In this document: in pieces, positions 40,447 to 50,062 of the stretch
How the letters are laid out: each line of letters starts with the position of its first letter
Position numbering within the stretch: the first letter of the stretch is position 1
NCBI GenBank assembly: GCA_021513715.1
Contig: CP084167.1
Span: 704,001-768,000 of the forward strand
Length of the DNA: 64,000 nt
Reading direction: 5' to 3'
Origin: Candidatus Heimdallarchaeum endolithica
GTDB taxonomy: Archaea; Asgardarchaeota; Heimdallarchaeia; Heimdallarchaeales; Heimdallarchaeaceae
Notes under the pieces: generated by a model
What the model was told of the DNA's origin: nothing
Database searches by the model: none
Seen by the model: only the letters and a program-made list of their open reading frames with translations
Position numbers and translations under genes: made by a program

Positions 40447-41775
40447 TTAATTTAAATTTATGTTTTCAACTTCTTCTGTTTCATAGTTTCCTTCTTTTAT
40501 TAAAAGTAGAAAGAATGTACCTATAAAGTAAATGGAACCAGTAAGGTAAAAAGCTAATTGGAAGTTAAATGGTTTGTTATATTTATTCAAAATTACTCCT
40601 CCAATGGGTTGACTAATACTGTTAAAAGCTGTAAAAGCCAAAGAATCAATAGCACTAAAAGTTGCTCTTTGATTAGAAGGTAAAAGATCCATTACTATTG
40701 CATTAATTAAAGGCCATCCTGAATTCATAAAAGCCTGTCTAAGGATATAGATAACTAGTACAATTGAGAAGGGAGGAATAAAAGCAAATCCAAAAATAAG
40801 TATGACCGCAATAAATTCTAAAAAGAAAACTGCTTTAGCACGTCCAAACCTTTTAGCAAACCTTAAAGCAATGGCTGAAAGAATGGCAGTTATTAAAGGA
40901 GCTAAGGAAAATATTAGTGTAAGTTCAGAAATTGATCGACCATAAATTGCTTCAAAAAAGCGTGGGAGAAAAGGAATAGAGATACCAGCTCCAAAAGCAA
41001 TTAGAAAGTCGGCTAGTACAATTATTAAAGGAGTTCTATAGAAAGATAATTTTTCTCTAAAAGTTTTACATTCTTTGTATTTAGATAGAATTAGAGCATC
41101 TTTTCTTTTTTCTTCTAAGATTTCTTCAGTTTCAATCTGATCTTTAGAGTGAATTGACCTTTTATCATGAATAAAGAAACCTAAAAATGCAGCAACAATT
41201 ATTACTGAAGCATATATCTTAATAACAGGAAGAATAACATCTTCAGAATATAAATCTCCTAAATACCTGTAAATAAAGAAACCTGCAACTCCACCAATAG
41301 CCGTACACAATTGTTGTATAATTGACATAATTGTAAAAATCTTTGTTCTTGTCCCTTTAGTTGTACAATCAGCAACCAAAGCTGAACCTGCAGGCATCAA
41401 TAAGGAATTTGCTAAGGCAAAAAGAAATTGAATAATGTAAAGATAAATGAGAGAATTAGCAAAAAAGTATATAACCATACCAATTATGAAAAGAAAGTTT
41501 GAAATCCAAATAAAAGCATCTCTTCTCCATTTATCAGAAAGAATACCAGAAACAATTAACCCAAGAATACCTACTAAACTAGTTGTCCCAAAAATCAAGC
41601 CAACATCAATATCTGTTCCCCCCCAAACATAAACTAAAAACAATGTAGAAATGTAGAAAGGGGTTTGCACTAATGAATAAATTGCAAATGCTCCGAAGTA
41701 AAGTTTCAAATTTAAATTTAAGTTTTTTAATAATTTAACTTGAGTTCTGAAATTTTCTCTTATCATTACATTCAA
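40447..41775 (-). CDS. MFS transporter
   Basis: 12 TM helices, GILSDKWRR and AKRFGR loop motifs. Confidence 0.88.
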   Translation of the reverse strand: MNVMIRENFRTQVKLLKNLNLNLKLYFGAFAIYSLVQTPFYISTLFLVYVWGGTDIDVGLIFGTTSLVGILGLIVSGILSDKWRRDAFIWISNFLFIIGMVIYFFANSLIYLYIIQFLFALANSLLMPAGSALVADCTTKGTRTKIFTIMSIIQQLCTAIGGVAGFFIYRYLGDLYSEDVILPVIKIYASVIIVAAFLGFFIHDKRSIHSKDQIETEEILEEKRKDALILSKYKECKTFREKLSFYRTPLIIVLADFLIAFGAGISIPFLPRFFEAIYGRSISELTLIFSLAPLITAILSAIALRFAKRFGRAKAVFFLEFIAVILIFGFAFIPPFSIVLVIYILRQAFMNSGWPLINAIVMDLLPSNQRATFSAIDSLAFTAFNSISQPIGGVILNKYNKPFNFQLAFYLTGSIYFIGTFFLLLIKEGNYETEEVENINLN

Positions 41776-41905
41776 CTCTTCGTTACTATAAAAATTTTAA
41801 TTGGTATAAAAATGTGTTTTAATATATGAAGTTTGACTTATTAACCAATTAATTAAAGCTTATAATTTATAATAATGATGACTTTTGCTTGCTCTAATTA
41901 TCCTT

Positions 41906-42064
41906 CTACTTTTGTAACCATATTTCTAAGGCTTCTCTAATAGTATCTAGTGCATCATCAATGTTTTCTACCACTTGATCCCTTTTTTCTAAAAAAGAGC
42001 AACTTATAAACAACAAATTGTCTTCATCTTTTGAAATTATAATAGGTAATTCTTCTAATTGCAT
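41906..42064 (-). CDS. Small HicB-like antitoxin domain protein (52 aa, degenerate)
   Basis: Not in the ORF track; MQLEELPIIISKDEDNLLFISCSFLEKRDQVVENIDDALDTIREALEIWLQK follows the HicB N-terminal pattern. Confidence 0.6.
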   Translation of the reverse strand: MQLEELPIIISKDEDNLLFISCSFLEKRDQVVENIDDALDTIREALEIWLQK

Positions 42065-42171
42065 ACCATTTGTATTAAATCAAGGTATTTAAACCTAAAT
42101 TAACCTACTCGAATTTGGATAGCCAAACTTAAATATTGTTATCTTTTGTGCTCAAATAACGAGGAATTAAA

Positions 42172-43251
42172 ATGGATTCGAGAAAAGGAGATAAAATCTA
42201 CGGTCCTATAATTGTTTCTGCAGCAAATGCAGCAAGATCTTTTGACGCACCAGTAAGGTATCCCCTTTTATTTAACTCTCCAGATGTATTTGTGAAACCT
42301 TTGGCTATGCCAAGAGCTTCATCATTCATCACTTTAATAGAGCATTTCTTAGGGATATTAATATTGCTACCATTTCTTCTAATAAAAAGAGGTACAAAAC
42401 AAGTTTTTAGCGTTTTCAAAGAGTTTGATAAAAGAGATTGGATTTCATTGATTTTCATTTCAGCAGGTGGCTCAGCATTAGGATTATTTTTCTTTCTTAT
42501 TTCATTAGGTTTAGGGAATCCTACTGTAGCTATATTAATTCAAAAGTCTCAACCATTAATTACACTAATTTTTGCTATTTTTATACTTAAAGAGAAACCA
42601 AGTTTGCGGTTCTATGTCGTATTAATACTTGCTGTAATAGGTATTGGTTTGATTGCTTTACCTGACATTTCAGATAGTGTTCAAACTTTTGAGTATACAG
42701 GACTAATAGCCATTTTGTGCTCACTTTTAGCAGCAGTTTTTTGGGGGGGTAGTACAGTATTTGGGCGAATTCTAACAAAGAAAGTTGATTACTGGAACTT
42801 GACTTTATTTAGATATATTGGAGGATTTTTCTTTTTACTAGTTTTTAATATTATTACTTTTACTTACAATTCTACCTATTTTGGACTGTTAACACAAAAA
42901 ATAAATGTCTTTGGTCATTATGTTGATGGAGCATTTGTTCCTTTAGATTGGCAGTGGATTGGAATCCTCTGTATTCTCTATGCGGCTATTCTTACAGGAG
43001 GAGTGCTTCCGTTAGCACTCTATTATTTTGGACTTACAAGATCAAAAGCTTCAGTTGCAGGATTAGCAGAACTAGCTTTTCCAATTCTATCAATTTTTAT
43101 AAATTATTATTTCCTTGGATTTGGATTAGAAACTATACAAATCATTGGAGCAGTAATACTATTAACAAGTGTTTCAACACTTTCTTATATCAACGCTAAG
43201 GAATTTGAACAAGAACAAAAGATACTCCAAGAACAAGAAAAAATGAAATAA
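42172..43251 (+). CDS. EamA/DMT family transporter
   Basis: 10 TM helices, two EamA repeats (QPLITLIFAIFILKEK). Confidence 0.88.
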   Translation: MDSRKGDKIYGPIIVSAANAARSFDAPVRYPLLFNSPDVFVKPLAMPRASSFITLIEHFLGILILLPFLLIKRGTKQVFSVFKEFDKRDWISLIFISAGGSALGLFFFLISLGLGNPTVAILIQKSQPLITLIFAIFILKEKPSLRFYVVLILAVIGIGLIALPDISDSVQTFEYTGLIAILCSLLAAVFWGGSTVFGRILTKKVDYWNLTLFRYIGGFFFLLVFNIITFTYNSTYFGLLTQKINVFGHYVDGAFVPLDWQWIGILCILYAAILTGGVLPLALYYFGLTRSKASVAGLAELAFPILSIFINYYFLGFGLETIQIIGAVILLTSVSTLSYINAKEFEQEQKILQEQEKMK

Positions 43252-43307
43252 ATAAATCAAACTATTTTTCTTTCTTTTTCCCCTAACTTTTTTTATGAGT
43301 AAGTAAT

Positions 43308-44306
43308 GTGAAACATATGGAAATCATTCCTTTAGCATGTGAATCCTTAGGAACAAGATCTTTTTCTCATTTAGTCATAACAGATGATACTAAAATATTA
43401 TTTGACCCGTCAGTATCTCTTGCACCTAGAAGATTCAGACTTAACCCTCACCCGTTAGAAATCGCTGCCTCTTGGATTTCAAGAAAAACAATCTTAAAAG
43501 CAGTGTCATTAAGTGAAATTGTTATTCAAACTCATTATCATGCTGACCATTTTACTTTACCAGAGTTTAGGATTTATGAATTTACAAACAAAAACGTTTT
43601 TGAAGAGACTTATTCAGAAGAAAAGATTATTTACGCTAAGGATCCTGAAAACAACATTAATTATAATCAAAAACGAAGAGCAAAATATCTTTGGAGAAAT
43701 AAAAAAAGAAAATTGTTCAAAGCTGAAGGGAATATATTTCAAATTGGAAATACAAAAATAAAATTCTCTGAAGCAGTTTCACACAACATAGATGAAAGAT
43801 TAGGTTTTGTTTTTGAAACTATTGTTGATGACGGAAAAAGAAAATATCTTTACACATCTGATGTAAGTGGTCCTGTATCAGAAAAAGCTACAGACTTCAT
43901 CTTAAATGAAGAACCAGACATTCTTGTTCTAGATGGACCAACTTATTACCATCCAAGAGTTTCTAAGAGAGAAAAGGAAATTGCATTCCAAAACCTAAAT
44001 ATTATCAAGGATTCAATAAAGAAGATTTACATTGATCATCATTTTTTAAGGAAAAAGAATTGGAAAGAAAAGTTAGAAAAAGAAGTAGGTGTCAAGTTTC
44101 CTGCTTTCAGTCAAATAATAGGTTTAGAACCAATAATTTTAGAAGCAATGAGAAAAGAGCTTTTTAAGGAAACAGAAGTTCAAGAGGAGTTTTATTCTTT
44201 GCTTGAACAAGGACTTATTAACACTGATTTTTTTCTTAAAATTTTAAAAGAAAACAAAATAGCGAATTATTGGAAAAAAATTAATGAAAAAATAGAAAAA
44301 TATTGA
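43308..44306 (+). CDS. UPF0282 family metallo-beta-lactamase-fold protein
   Basis: ESLGTRS, DPSVSLAPRR, THYHADH, TSDV, DGP.YY, DHH. Confidence 0.85.
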   Translation: MKHMEIIPLACESLGTRSFSHLVITDDTKILFDPSVSLAPRRFRLNPHPLEIAASWISRKTILKAVSLSEIVIQTHYHADHFTLPEFRIYEFTNKNVFEETYSEEKIIYAKDPENNINYNQKRRAKYLWRNKKRKLFKAEGNIFQIGNTKIKFSEAVSHNIDERLGFVFETIVDDGKRKYLYTSDVSGPVSEKATDFILNEEPDILVLDGPTYYHPRVSKREKEIAFQNLNIIKDSIKKIYIDHHFLRKKNWKEKLEKEVGVKFPAFSQIIGLEPIILEAMRKELFKETEVQEEFYSLLEQGLINTDFFLKILKENKIANYWKKINEKIEKY

Positions 44307-44314
44307 TAGAGAAT

Positions 44315-45901
44315 TCATATTTTTGGTTCTAATACTTCACCTTTTGGATACTTAACAATATAAGAAATATTGATTTTTTCTTCTTTTCCAGGTTCTATGT
44401 TTAGTTTCCACTCTAGTACTCCTTGATTCTGTTTTTTAGGTTCAGGAGAGATTTCTTTAGTAACTACCTCAATATTTGGATTTTGAGGATAAGGAATTCT
44501 CTCTATTAGCTTCAGCTTTGCTTTTTCATCAATTTGATTTTTGATCTTTATTTGATAATGAAAGTCTATTTGCTCTTTCCCTTTAGTAATTCCTGCTTTA
44601 GCTACTTCTCGTTTTAGTAATTTTCTTTCTATCTTCAGGTCATAGCTTTCAACTAAACCTACAGTAAATTTATCTCTAGGATGGATAAGATCTAACAAAC
44701 TTTGACTAATAAACTCACCATCTATGAAAATTTTAGCATTACCTTCTAGTAAAAATTGATCTTTATTCTTTAGTTTATGCGTTAGAATAAGTTTCTCATC
44801 AAGTGAACTCCAGTAATACTGCTTTTCTACTTCAACCTTAAAACTGTCTAGATACAATGTTTTGGGTATTTTTCCTGAAGGAATATCATGTTTTCCACCA
44901 AGTTCAAACCTTTGATGACCTACAACACTTGTACTCTTTTCAGATTCAACATAAAGATCATCCAATTTAGCTTCTGGAGCAGGAGAAGGAGGTTGCATTA
45001 ATTCTTTTTCTACAGCAGCCATTGACATAGGTTTCATAGCTCTTTTAGGCTTTACAAGTTCCTTTCTCGATAACTTTTTTGCGCTTACTGGATACACATG
45101 TTCATATAAATAAAGGTATAAAGGATCTACTTCTTCGATAGAAATAGGCCTTCGATTAGCAGTAGAAATCGTAACTTTAGTTTTTTTCCAGTCAATCCTT
45201 GTTCTATTGTAAACTTTAGCTAATCGTTGAATTAAAGCTTCTCCCTTTGTTAATTCAATCATGTAAACAGGCTCCCATGAAGCTTTTGACACAGTATAGC
45301 TCAACTCTAGTTCTATTTCACAATCTTCTTTAGAATCTAAAATAATATTTATTTCGTAGAACTCGTTCTCAAGGTATTGCATCTGATTCTTCTTTTCTTT
45401 AAGAGAATTAAGCAATTTATTTAGCTCAATTATTTCGTGCTCTATTTGTATTTTTTTAGCATTTTCTGCTTCTATTTGACTTTGATAAAAAGAATAATAC
45501 TCTTTGAAGTCATCAACAGTTTTATTTTTTATCATGCCATAACGCCCAAATCCTTCAGCGATGCTCTTAATAGTGGTTGTTAGTGCAGTAATTGAAACCT
45601 TCAGAGATTCTAAACTCAGGTTCTTCTGCTCAATTTCTTTTTCTGTTTTCAATATTTCTTTCTCAATTTCAATTAAATTTTCTTCATCTCGATAGACATG
45701 CTGTAAAATAGGAGAAATATCAACAAGTTTAACTTTACCAGTACCTCTTACTTTTATAGAATCCTCATCTAAATACTCTGATAATTCAGTAACAATTATT
45801 GTTTGTTCTCCTTTTACTAATTTAACCTTCTTCTGTCTTGTTATTAAAGCTCCATCAGTTAAAATAGTTACTTCTTTAATCGGAAGAGTTAGTTTCTTCA
45901 T
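44315..45901 (-). CDS. DUF4140/DUF4139 (MuiA-like) protein
   Basis: IKEVTI..DGALITR, coiled coil, LSY.V..ASWEP.Y, N.T..DW, ERIP. Confidence 0.85.
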   Translation of the reverse strand: MKKLTLPIKEVTILTDGALITRQKKVKLVKGEQTIIVTELSEYLDEDSIKVRGTGKVKLVDISPILQHVYRDEENLIEIEKEILKTEKEIEQKNLSLESLKVSITALTTTIKSIAEGFGRYGMIKNKTVDDFKEYYSFYQSQIEAENAKKIQIEHEIIELNKLLNSLKEKKNQMQYLENEFYEINIILDSKEDCEIELELSYTVSKASWEPVYMIELTKGEALIQRLAKVYNRTRIDWKKTKVTISTANRRPISIEEVDPLYLYLYEHVYPVSAKKLSRKELVKPKRAMKPMSMAAVEKELMQPPSPAPEAKLDDLYVESEKSTSVVGHQRFELGGKHDIPSGKIPKTLYLDSFKVEVEKQYYWSSLDEKLILTHKLKNKDQFLLEGNAKIFIDGEFISQSLLDLIHPRDKFTVGLVESYDLKIERKLLKREVAKAGITKGKEQIDFHYQIKIKNQIDEKAKLKLIERIPYPQNPNIEVVTKEISPEPKKQNQGVLEWKLNIEPGKEEKINISYIVKYPKGEVLEPKI

Positions 45902-45963
45902 AAATTTAACTCTATTTCAAAGTAAATAAAAGTATTGCAAAAAGCCAAAAGATTATAATACTC

Positions 45964-46734
45964 TTATTCTTCTGCAATTGAAAGTCCACCTAAAAAGGTA
46001 GAAATAAATTGTATACTTCTTTCTTCTTCAGGAACACCCTCTTCATCCATCTCTTTCAAAAACTCTTTCTGCAAATCTGTAATTTTTCTATAAAAATCTC
46101 TAACTGTTTCTGCTAACTTTATAGCATGAGAAAATTTAGAAAGCTTAATTGTTCTAACAATCAAAGAAGTTTCTGAACGTGGATAGTTAAAATGCTCTTT
46201 CAAGTAATCCATACCTTTCTTTTTGAGTATTTCTTTTGTTTTTTGTTCTATATCAATAAGCTCATTGGTAATCGATGTTTCAATATTATGAATAAATAAT
46301 AAATATTGTTTAAATGATTGAGAAAAAGATTTATCGCCCTCACTTTTCAACAATTTTTCCAAAACTTCAAGTTCTATCTCTTTTTCAGATAATTCACTAT
46401 ATTTCTTCAATTTTTTATCAAAATCACTTTCTTCTTTAACATAATCCTCTATGTTCTTGCGATACAAAGAAGCAATATATTCATCCAATTTGTAGAATTT
46501 TCCCCATGAAGAAGCAGTTTTTTCTGCATCTACTTCAATCATATTTTCATCTAACAACTGTTTCAAGTACCTTAAAGTAGTGGTCTCAGGTTTTCCTATT
46601 AAACTACTTAACTTTTTTAGATTTAAAGAACCATACCAACTTAATGCTGTAATTATCGCAAATTTATTAGGATCATCCACCCACATTTTTTCGTATTTCT
46701 CTTCTTTTTCATTGATGTTCTTCTTGTCGTCCAT
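45964..46734 (-). CDS. Winged-helix transcriptional regulator
   Basis: YGSLNLKKLSSLIGKPETTTLRYLKQLL..GKFYKL; start MDDKK chosen (ORF track start 46779). Confidence 0.8.
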   Translation of the reverse strand: MDDKKNINEKEEKYEKMWVDDPNKFAIITALSWYGSLNLKKLSSLIGKPETTTLRYLKQLLDENMIEVDAEKTASSWGKFYKLDEYIASLYRKNIEDYVKEESDFDKKLKKYSELSEKEIELEVLEKLLKSEGDKSFSQSFKQYLLFIHNIETSITNELIDIEQKTKEILKKKGMDYLKEHFNYPRSETSLIVRTIKLSKFSHAIKLAETVRDFYRKITDLQKEFLKEMDEEGVPEEERSIQFISTFLGGLSIAEE

Positions 46735-46773
46735 CCTTTTCAAATAAACATTATTGCAAAGATATTTAATTTT

Positions 46774-46861
46774 TTCCATTATGAAATTATTTCCACAATA
46801 ACGATAGTTTTATATACCACTTTGGTAATAGTATCACAGTTAAAAGAATTCCAAAATGGAG
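46774..46861. promoter_or_regulatory. Three TWCCA-N3-TGGWA-like operator palindromes in a divergent promoter
   Basis: TTCCATTATGAAA (46774), TACCACTTTGGTA (46815, perfect arms), TTCCAAAATGGAG (46849). Confidence 0.55.
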
Positions 46862-46882
46862 GAAATTACAGGTGGTGAAAAA

Positions 46883-47014
46883 ATGAAAGGAAGGAGAGAA
46901 AAAGGAAGCAGGATTAAAGAGACAAACAACACTATATGGACATTTAATGGTCACTTTTGTTCAGCAAGTTCTTCAAGAATGAACAATTATAAAATAAGTA
47001 GGGAACAGCGATGA
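46883..47014 (+). CDS. 43-aa upstream ORF / leader peptide coupled to the MFS gene
   Basis: Strong SD AGGTGGTGA before the ATG; stop overlaps the MFS start (ATGA). Confidence 0.5.
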   Translation: MKGRREKGSRIKETNNTIWTFNGHFCSASSSRMNNYKISREQR

Positions 47015-48426
47015 GTCAGGAGATGGAAGAAGTAGTTAAAAAAAACAGAGCAATTTCACTGCTGAAAAGTTGGGACTTTTCAGCCATTTTTTTTGGAGGA
47101 TTCATAAACAATGTAGGATCATATTTTACAACTATAGGAATAATATTTTTTGCATTAGAACTGACGAAAGATTTACCCAAAGAAGTAGCTACTCAAGAAG
47201 TTGCTCTTTTAACCACTTTCACTTTAATACCTATGCTTTTATTGGGTCCAATAGGTGGAGCAATTGCAGACAGAATTGACAGGAAAAAGATATTATATAT
47301 TACAGATTTAATAGGAGGGTTTGCTGCGTTCAGTTTGTTTTTTTCTTATAGAATTTGGCATTTATATATTTTTAGTATTATCAACGCTTCAGTCAGACAA
47401 TTTTTCTATCCTGCAAAACAAGCATCATTACCCAAGATTGTTAAAAGAGAGCAACTACTCAGTGCTAATGGTTTTATTCAATCTACCCAACAGCTTTCAA
47501 GAATAATTGGTCCTTTAGCTGCAGGTTTTACTGTAGCTGCTTTTGGTTTAAAAATAGCTTTTCTAGTTGATGGTGTATCATATCTAATTTCGAGTCTTAT
47601 GATTATGACTATTAGCACTAATTTAAAACCTAAGAAAAATGGTGAAAGAATCACCATGAATCATGTCTTTACAGACCTTAAAGACGGTTTTAAAATGGTT
47701 ATGACGGACAAAATTCTTCGTTTTATAATAATAATATTCTTCTTCACGATTCTTGCCATTGGTTTTCTTGATCCTTTAATCGTTCCCTATATTGACTTTG
47801 AATTTGGATTAGGAGAAAAAGACTTTGGCATGTTAATGAGTTTCTCTGCTGTAAGTGGTATCATTGCTGCTTTAGCCATTTCAGCCAAGAAAGAAATGAA
47901 GAGAAAGATCTTATTTATGTTGGGAACAATTGTAGTACTTGGATTAATGACATCGATTATTGGAATTGCTCCTTATTTACCAGGTAGTGTAGTCTGGCTT
48001 TTTGCAGGTTTTTCACTTGTAGGGATGATAAATGTTGGCTTTAATGTACCCTTTAGCACTTTACTTCAAAAAATTGTTCGAAATGAGCATTTAGGAAAAA
48101 TAAGTGGCATCATTGATACTGTTCTAACTATTGCCTCTTTACTAGCAAGTGTATTTGCTGTTATTTTAGCAAGATATGTTTCTATCAGTATAATATTTAT
48201 CATTATTTCAGGTTTGATCATTGTTGCAGGTATAACTGGACTTATGATTAGCAAAACTAGCAATTATGATTATATTGCTAATGAGAGAGAGAAAAGTATG
48301 ACAAAAGCATTGATTAAAGAAGAAAAGGAAATTTCAAAGAACCATTTAGACGTAGATAAACTTTTAAATAACTTTTCAGAAGGAGTTAATCCCAACCCTC
48401 TTACTGATACTGTTCAACAAGATTAG
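47011..48426 (+). CDS. MFS efflux transporter (DHA3/MefA-like)
   Basis: GGAIADRIDRKK, FFYPAKQASLP..V...L..ANG, HLGKISG. Confidence 0.9.
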   Translation: MSQEMEEVVKKNRAISLLKSWDFSAIFFGGFINNVGSYFTTIGIIFFALELTKDLPKEVATQEVALLTTFTLIPMLLLGPIGGAIADRIDRKKILYITDLIGGFAAFSLFFSYRIWHLYIFSIINASVRQFFYPAKQASLPKIVKREQLLSANGFIQSTQQLSRIIGPLAAGFTVAAFGLKIAFLVDGVSYLISSLMIMTISTNLKPKKNGERITMNHVFTDLKDGFKMVMTDKILRFIIIIFFFTILAIGFLDPLIVPYIDFEFGLGEKDFGMLMSFSAVSGIIAALAISAKKEMKRKILFMLGTIVVLGLMTSIIGIAPYLPGSVVWLFAGFSLVGMINVGFNVPFSTLLQKIVRNEHLGKISGIIDTVLTIASLLASVFAVILARYVSISIIFIIISGLIIVAGITGLMISKTSNYDYIANEREKSMTKALIKEEKEISKNHLDVDKLLNNFSEGVNPNPLTDTVQQD

Positions 48427-48460
48427 TTTTTAATTATTTTTCCCTCTTTTTTTTAATTAT

Positions 48461-49004
48461 TAGTACTTCCGCAATAACTTAGACTATCTCACCTCCATAC
48501 AAATTTGAGCGTAGATACTGTAAGGTGAAATAGAGCGTAACAGGTCTTGAGCGTTTCAAGAGCGGTTTGTTAGACGGTGGAGTGAAAAAAGAAGGGATAA
48601 CAGAAGAGGGAAAACAAACATATAAAGTGAGAACGAGAAGAGAAAAACAAAGATACAAGAACCTGACGGAGGGGCTATTGGTAATTGTAGAAATACTGAT
48701 TCTCTTAAGAAGACGGTAAGAAATTCCAATACCCAATCTATGACAATACTCGTAGATATGTTAGTCATAACGGTCTTTTTAACCTCTTCTTTTGTTTCTC
48801 CTATTTTCCTCTGTCCTTTGAGAGGAATACTCATCTTTCTTATCCAGTGACAAACTTTTATACTTGTCTACTATATTCTCTTGTGAGTTGAAAGCGTTTT
48901 TCTAAAAAACTTTTGACAGATTTTAAGAGGTTGAAGTTACAGAGTTTTATATTATTATTGTCAGGCTTTCAACCCATAACTTTTACAATAATTTGGAAGT
49001 ATTA
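48461..49004. mobile_element. 544-bp MITE / non-autonomous element
   Basis: Imperfect TIRs TAGTACTTCC / GGAAGTATTA, flanking direct repeat AATTAT (48455-48460 / 49005-49010), no transposase ORF. Confidence 0.7.
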
Positions 49005-49013
49005 AATTATATA

Positions 49014-50017
49014 AAGCATGTCCAAAAATTCTTTTTCACCAACTAAACGGTCCGAAGGAGTAAAAGGTAGTTGTAACAGAGAAGAGAACTGTACAAGGTA
49101 GAGAGGATGGTGGAGGGTAAACGATCAAGGATTGGGGGAAGAGAGAGTTTAAGGAGACCAAAGACGTGTTCAATACTACTACGATACTCGGGATGATGAT
49201 TACGACGATACAGACCAGGGTAGAGACGATGAGCTTGAACTATTGGTCCGAGGGGAGGAGGAGAGGGATAACGAGCATTACTTTTTGGGGGAATAACAGG
49301 GAAAAAGGAATGTTGGCTAAGAAGTCCAACGATATTTTCTGTCCAGTAGGCACAGTCTCCATAAAATCGCAAGAAAGGTCTCAAGAGTGCAGAAGGAAGT
49401 TTCTGCCAGAGTAAACCGAAGACTTTACTATCGTGAGTGTTACTAGCAGAATGAGCGAGAGAGACTATAGCTCGAGAGGGTAAACCAACTATAAGGTGTA
49501 TCTTCCAGAAAAGTTTAGAGGTTTTCTTTAGTCCTCCTCTTACCCACTTGAGAAAACGCCAAACAGAAGCTTGACGGATTTTAAACCCTGAACTATCCAC
49601 TGCCATAGCTTTCAAGCCTTTTTTCCTCACTATTTCCCTACCTAACTCTATTATCCACTGCTCTAAGATTTTACTTTCTGTCGCTCTCCACACTGCATGA
49701 AAAGTAGATTTAGAAGGAATCTTCTTCATCCACCCCTCTTCTATCAAAAAATCGCATAAAGACAACTTTTCCTCTAACTTCCTCCAAGCTATCCCTTCTA
49801 TTCTAGCAATGATTGCTAAAGCCAGTATCACCCATCTTTCTGCTATTCTCTTTCTCCCTCTCTTGCTTTCTCTCGGTTCCTCTTTCACCAGTTTCTTAAG
49901 GAAAGGTTCATTAATGATTATGAATTCTCTTGCTTTGTGGGGGTCTATGATCTGAAAGAAATTCATACTTCCGACATAAACCCCCACATTAATAAAAATT
50001 AATTTTTGGACATGCTT
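49014..50017 (-). mobile_element. IS5-like insertion sequence, copy 2 (1004 bp)
   Basis: Same 17-bp TIRs, TSD TATATA (49008-49013 / 50018-50023). Confidence 0.93.
49043..49987 (-). CDS. DDE transposase (IS5-like), 3 aa different from copy 1
   Basis: Near-identical to 2607-3551. Confidence 0.9.
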   Translation of the reverse strand: MGVYVGSMNFFQIIDPHKAREFIIINEPFLKKLVKEEPRESKRGRKRIAERWVILALAIIARIEGIAWRKLEEKLSLCDFLIEEGWMKKIPSKSTFHAVWRATESKILEQWIIELGREIVRKKGLKAMAVDSSGFKIRQASVWRFLKWVRGGLKKTSKLFWKIHLIVGLPSRAIVSLAHSASNTHDSKVFGLLWQKLPSALLRPFLRFYGDCAYWTENIVGLLSQHSFFPVIPPKSNARYPSPPPLGPIVQAHRLYPGLYRRNHHPEYRSSIEHVFGLLKLSLPPILDRLPSTILSTLYSSLLCYNYLLLLRTV

Positions 50018-50062
50018 TATATAAAAAAAATTTAAATATTAAATATTTAAAATATTGTAAGA

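Noticed and set aside
48556-48834. ORFs inside the MITE as transposase remnants
   Set aside because: No DDE or other recognisable motif; only a weak GKQxYK resemblance
2577-50017. Inverted IS pair as a 47-kb composite transposon or inversion
   Set aside because: Each copy has its own matching TSD (TAGTAT vs TATATA), indicating independent insertions with no recombination between them
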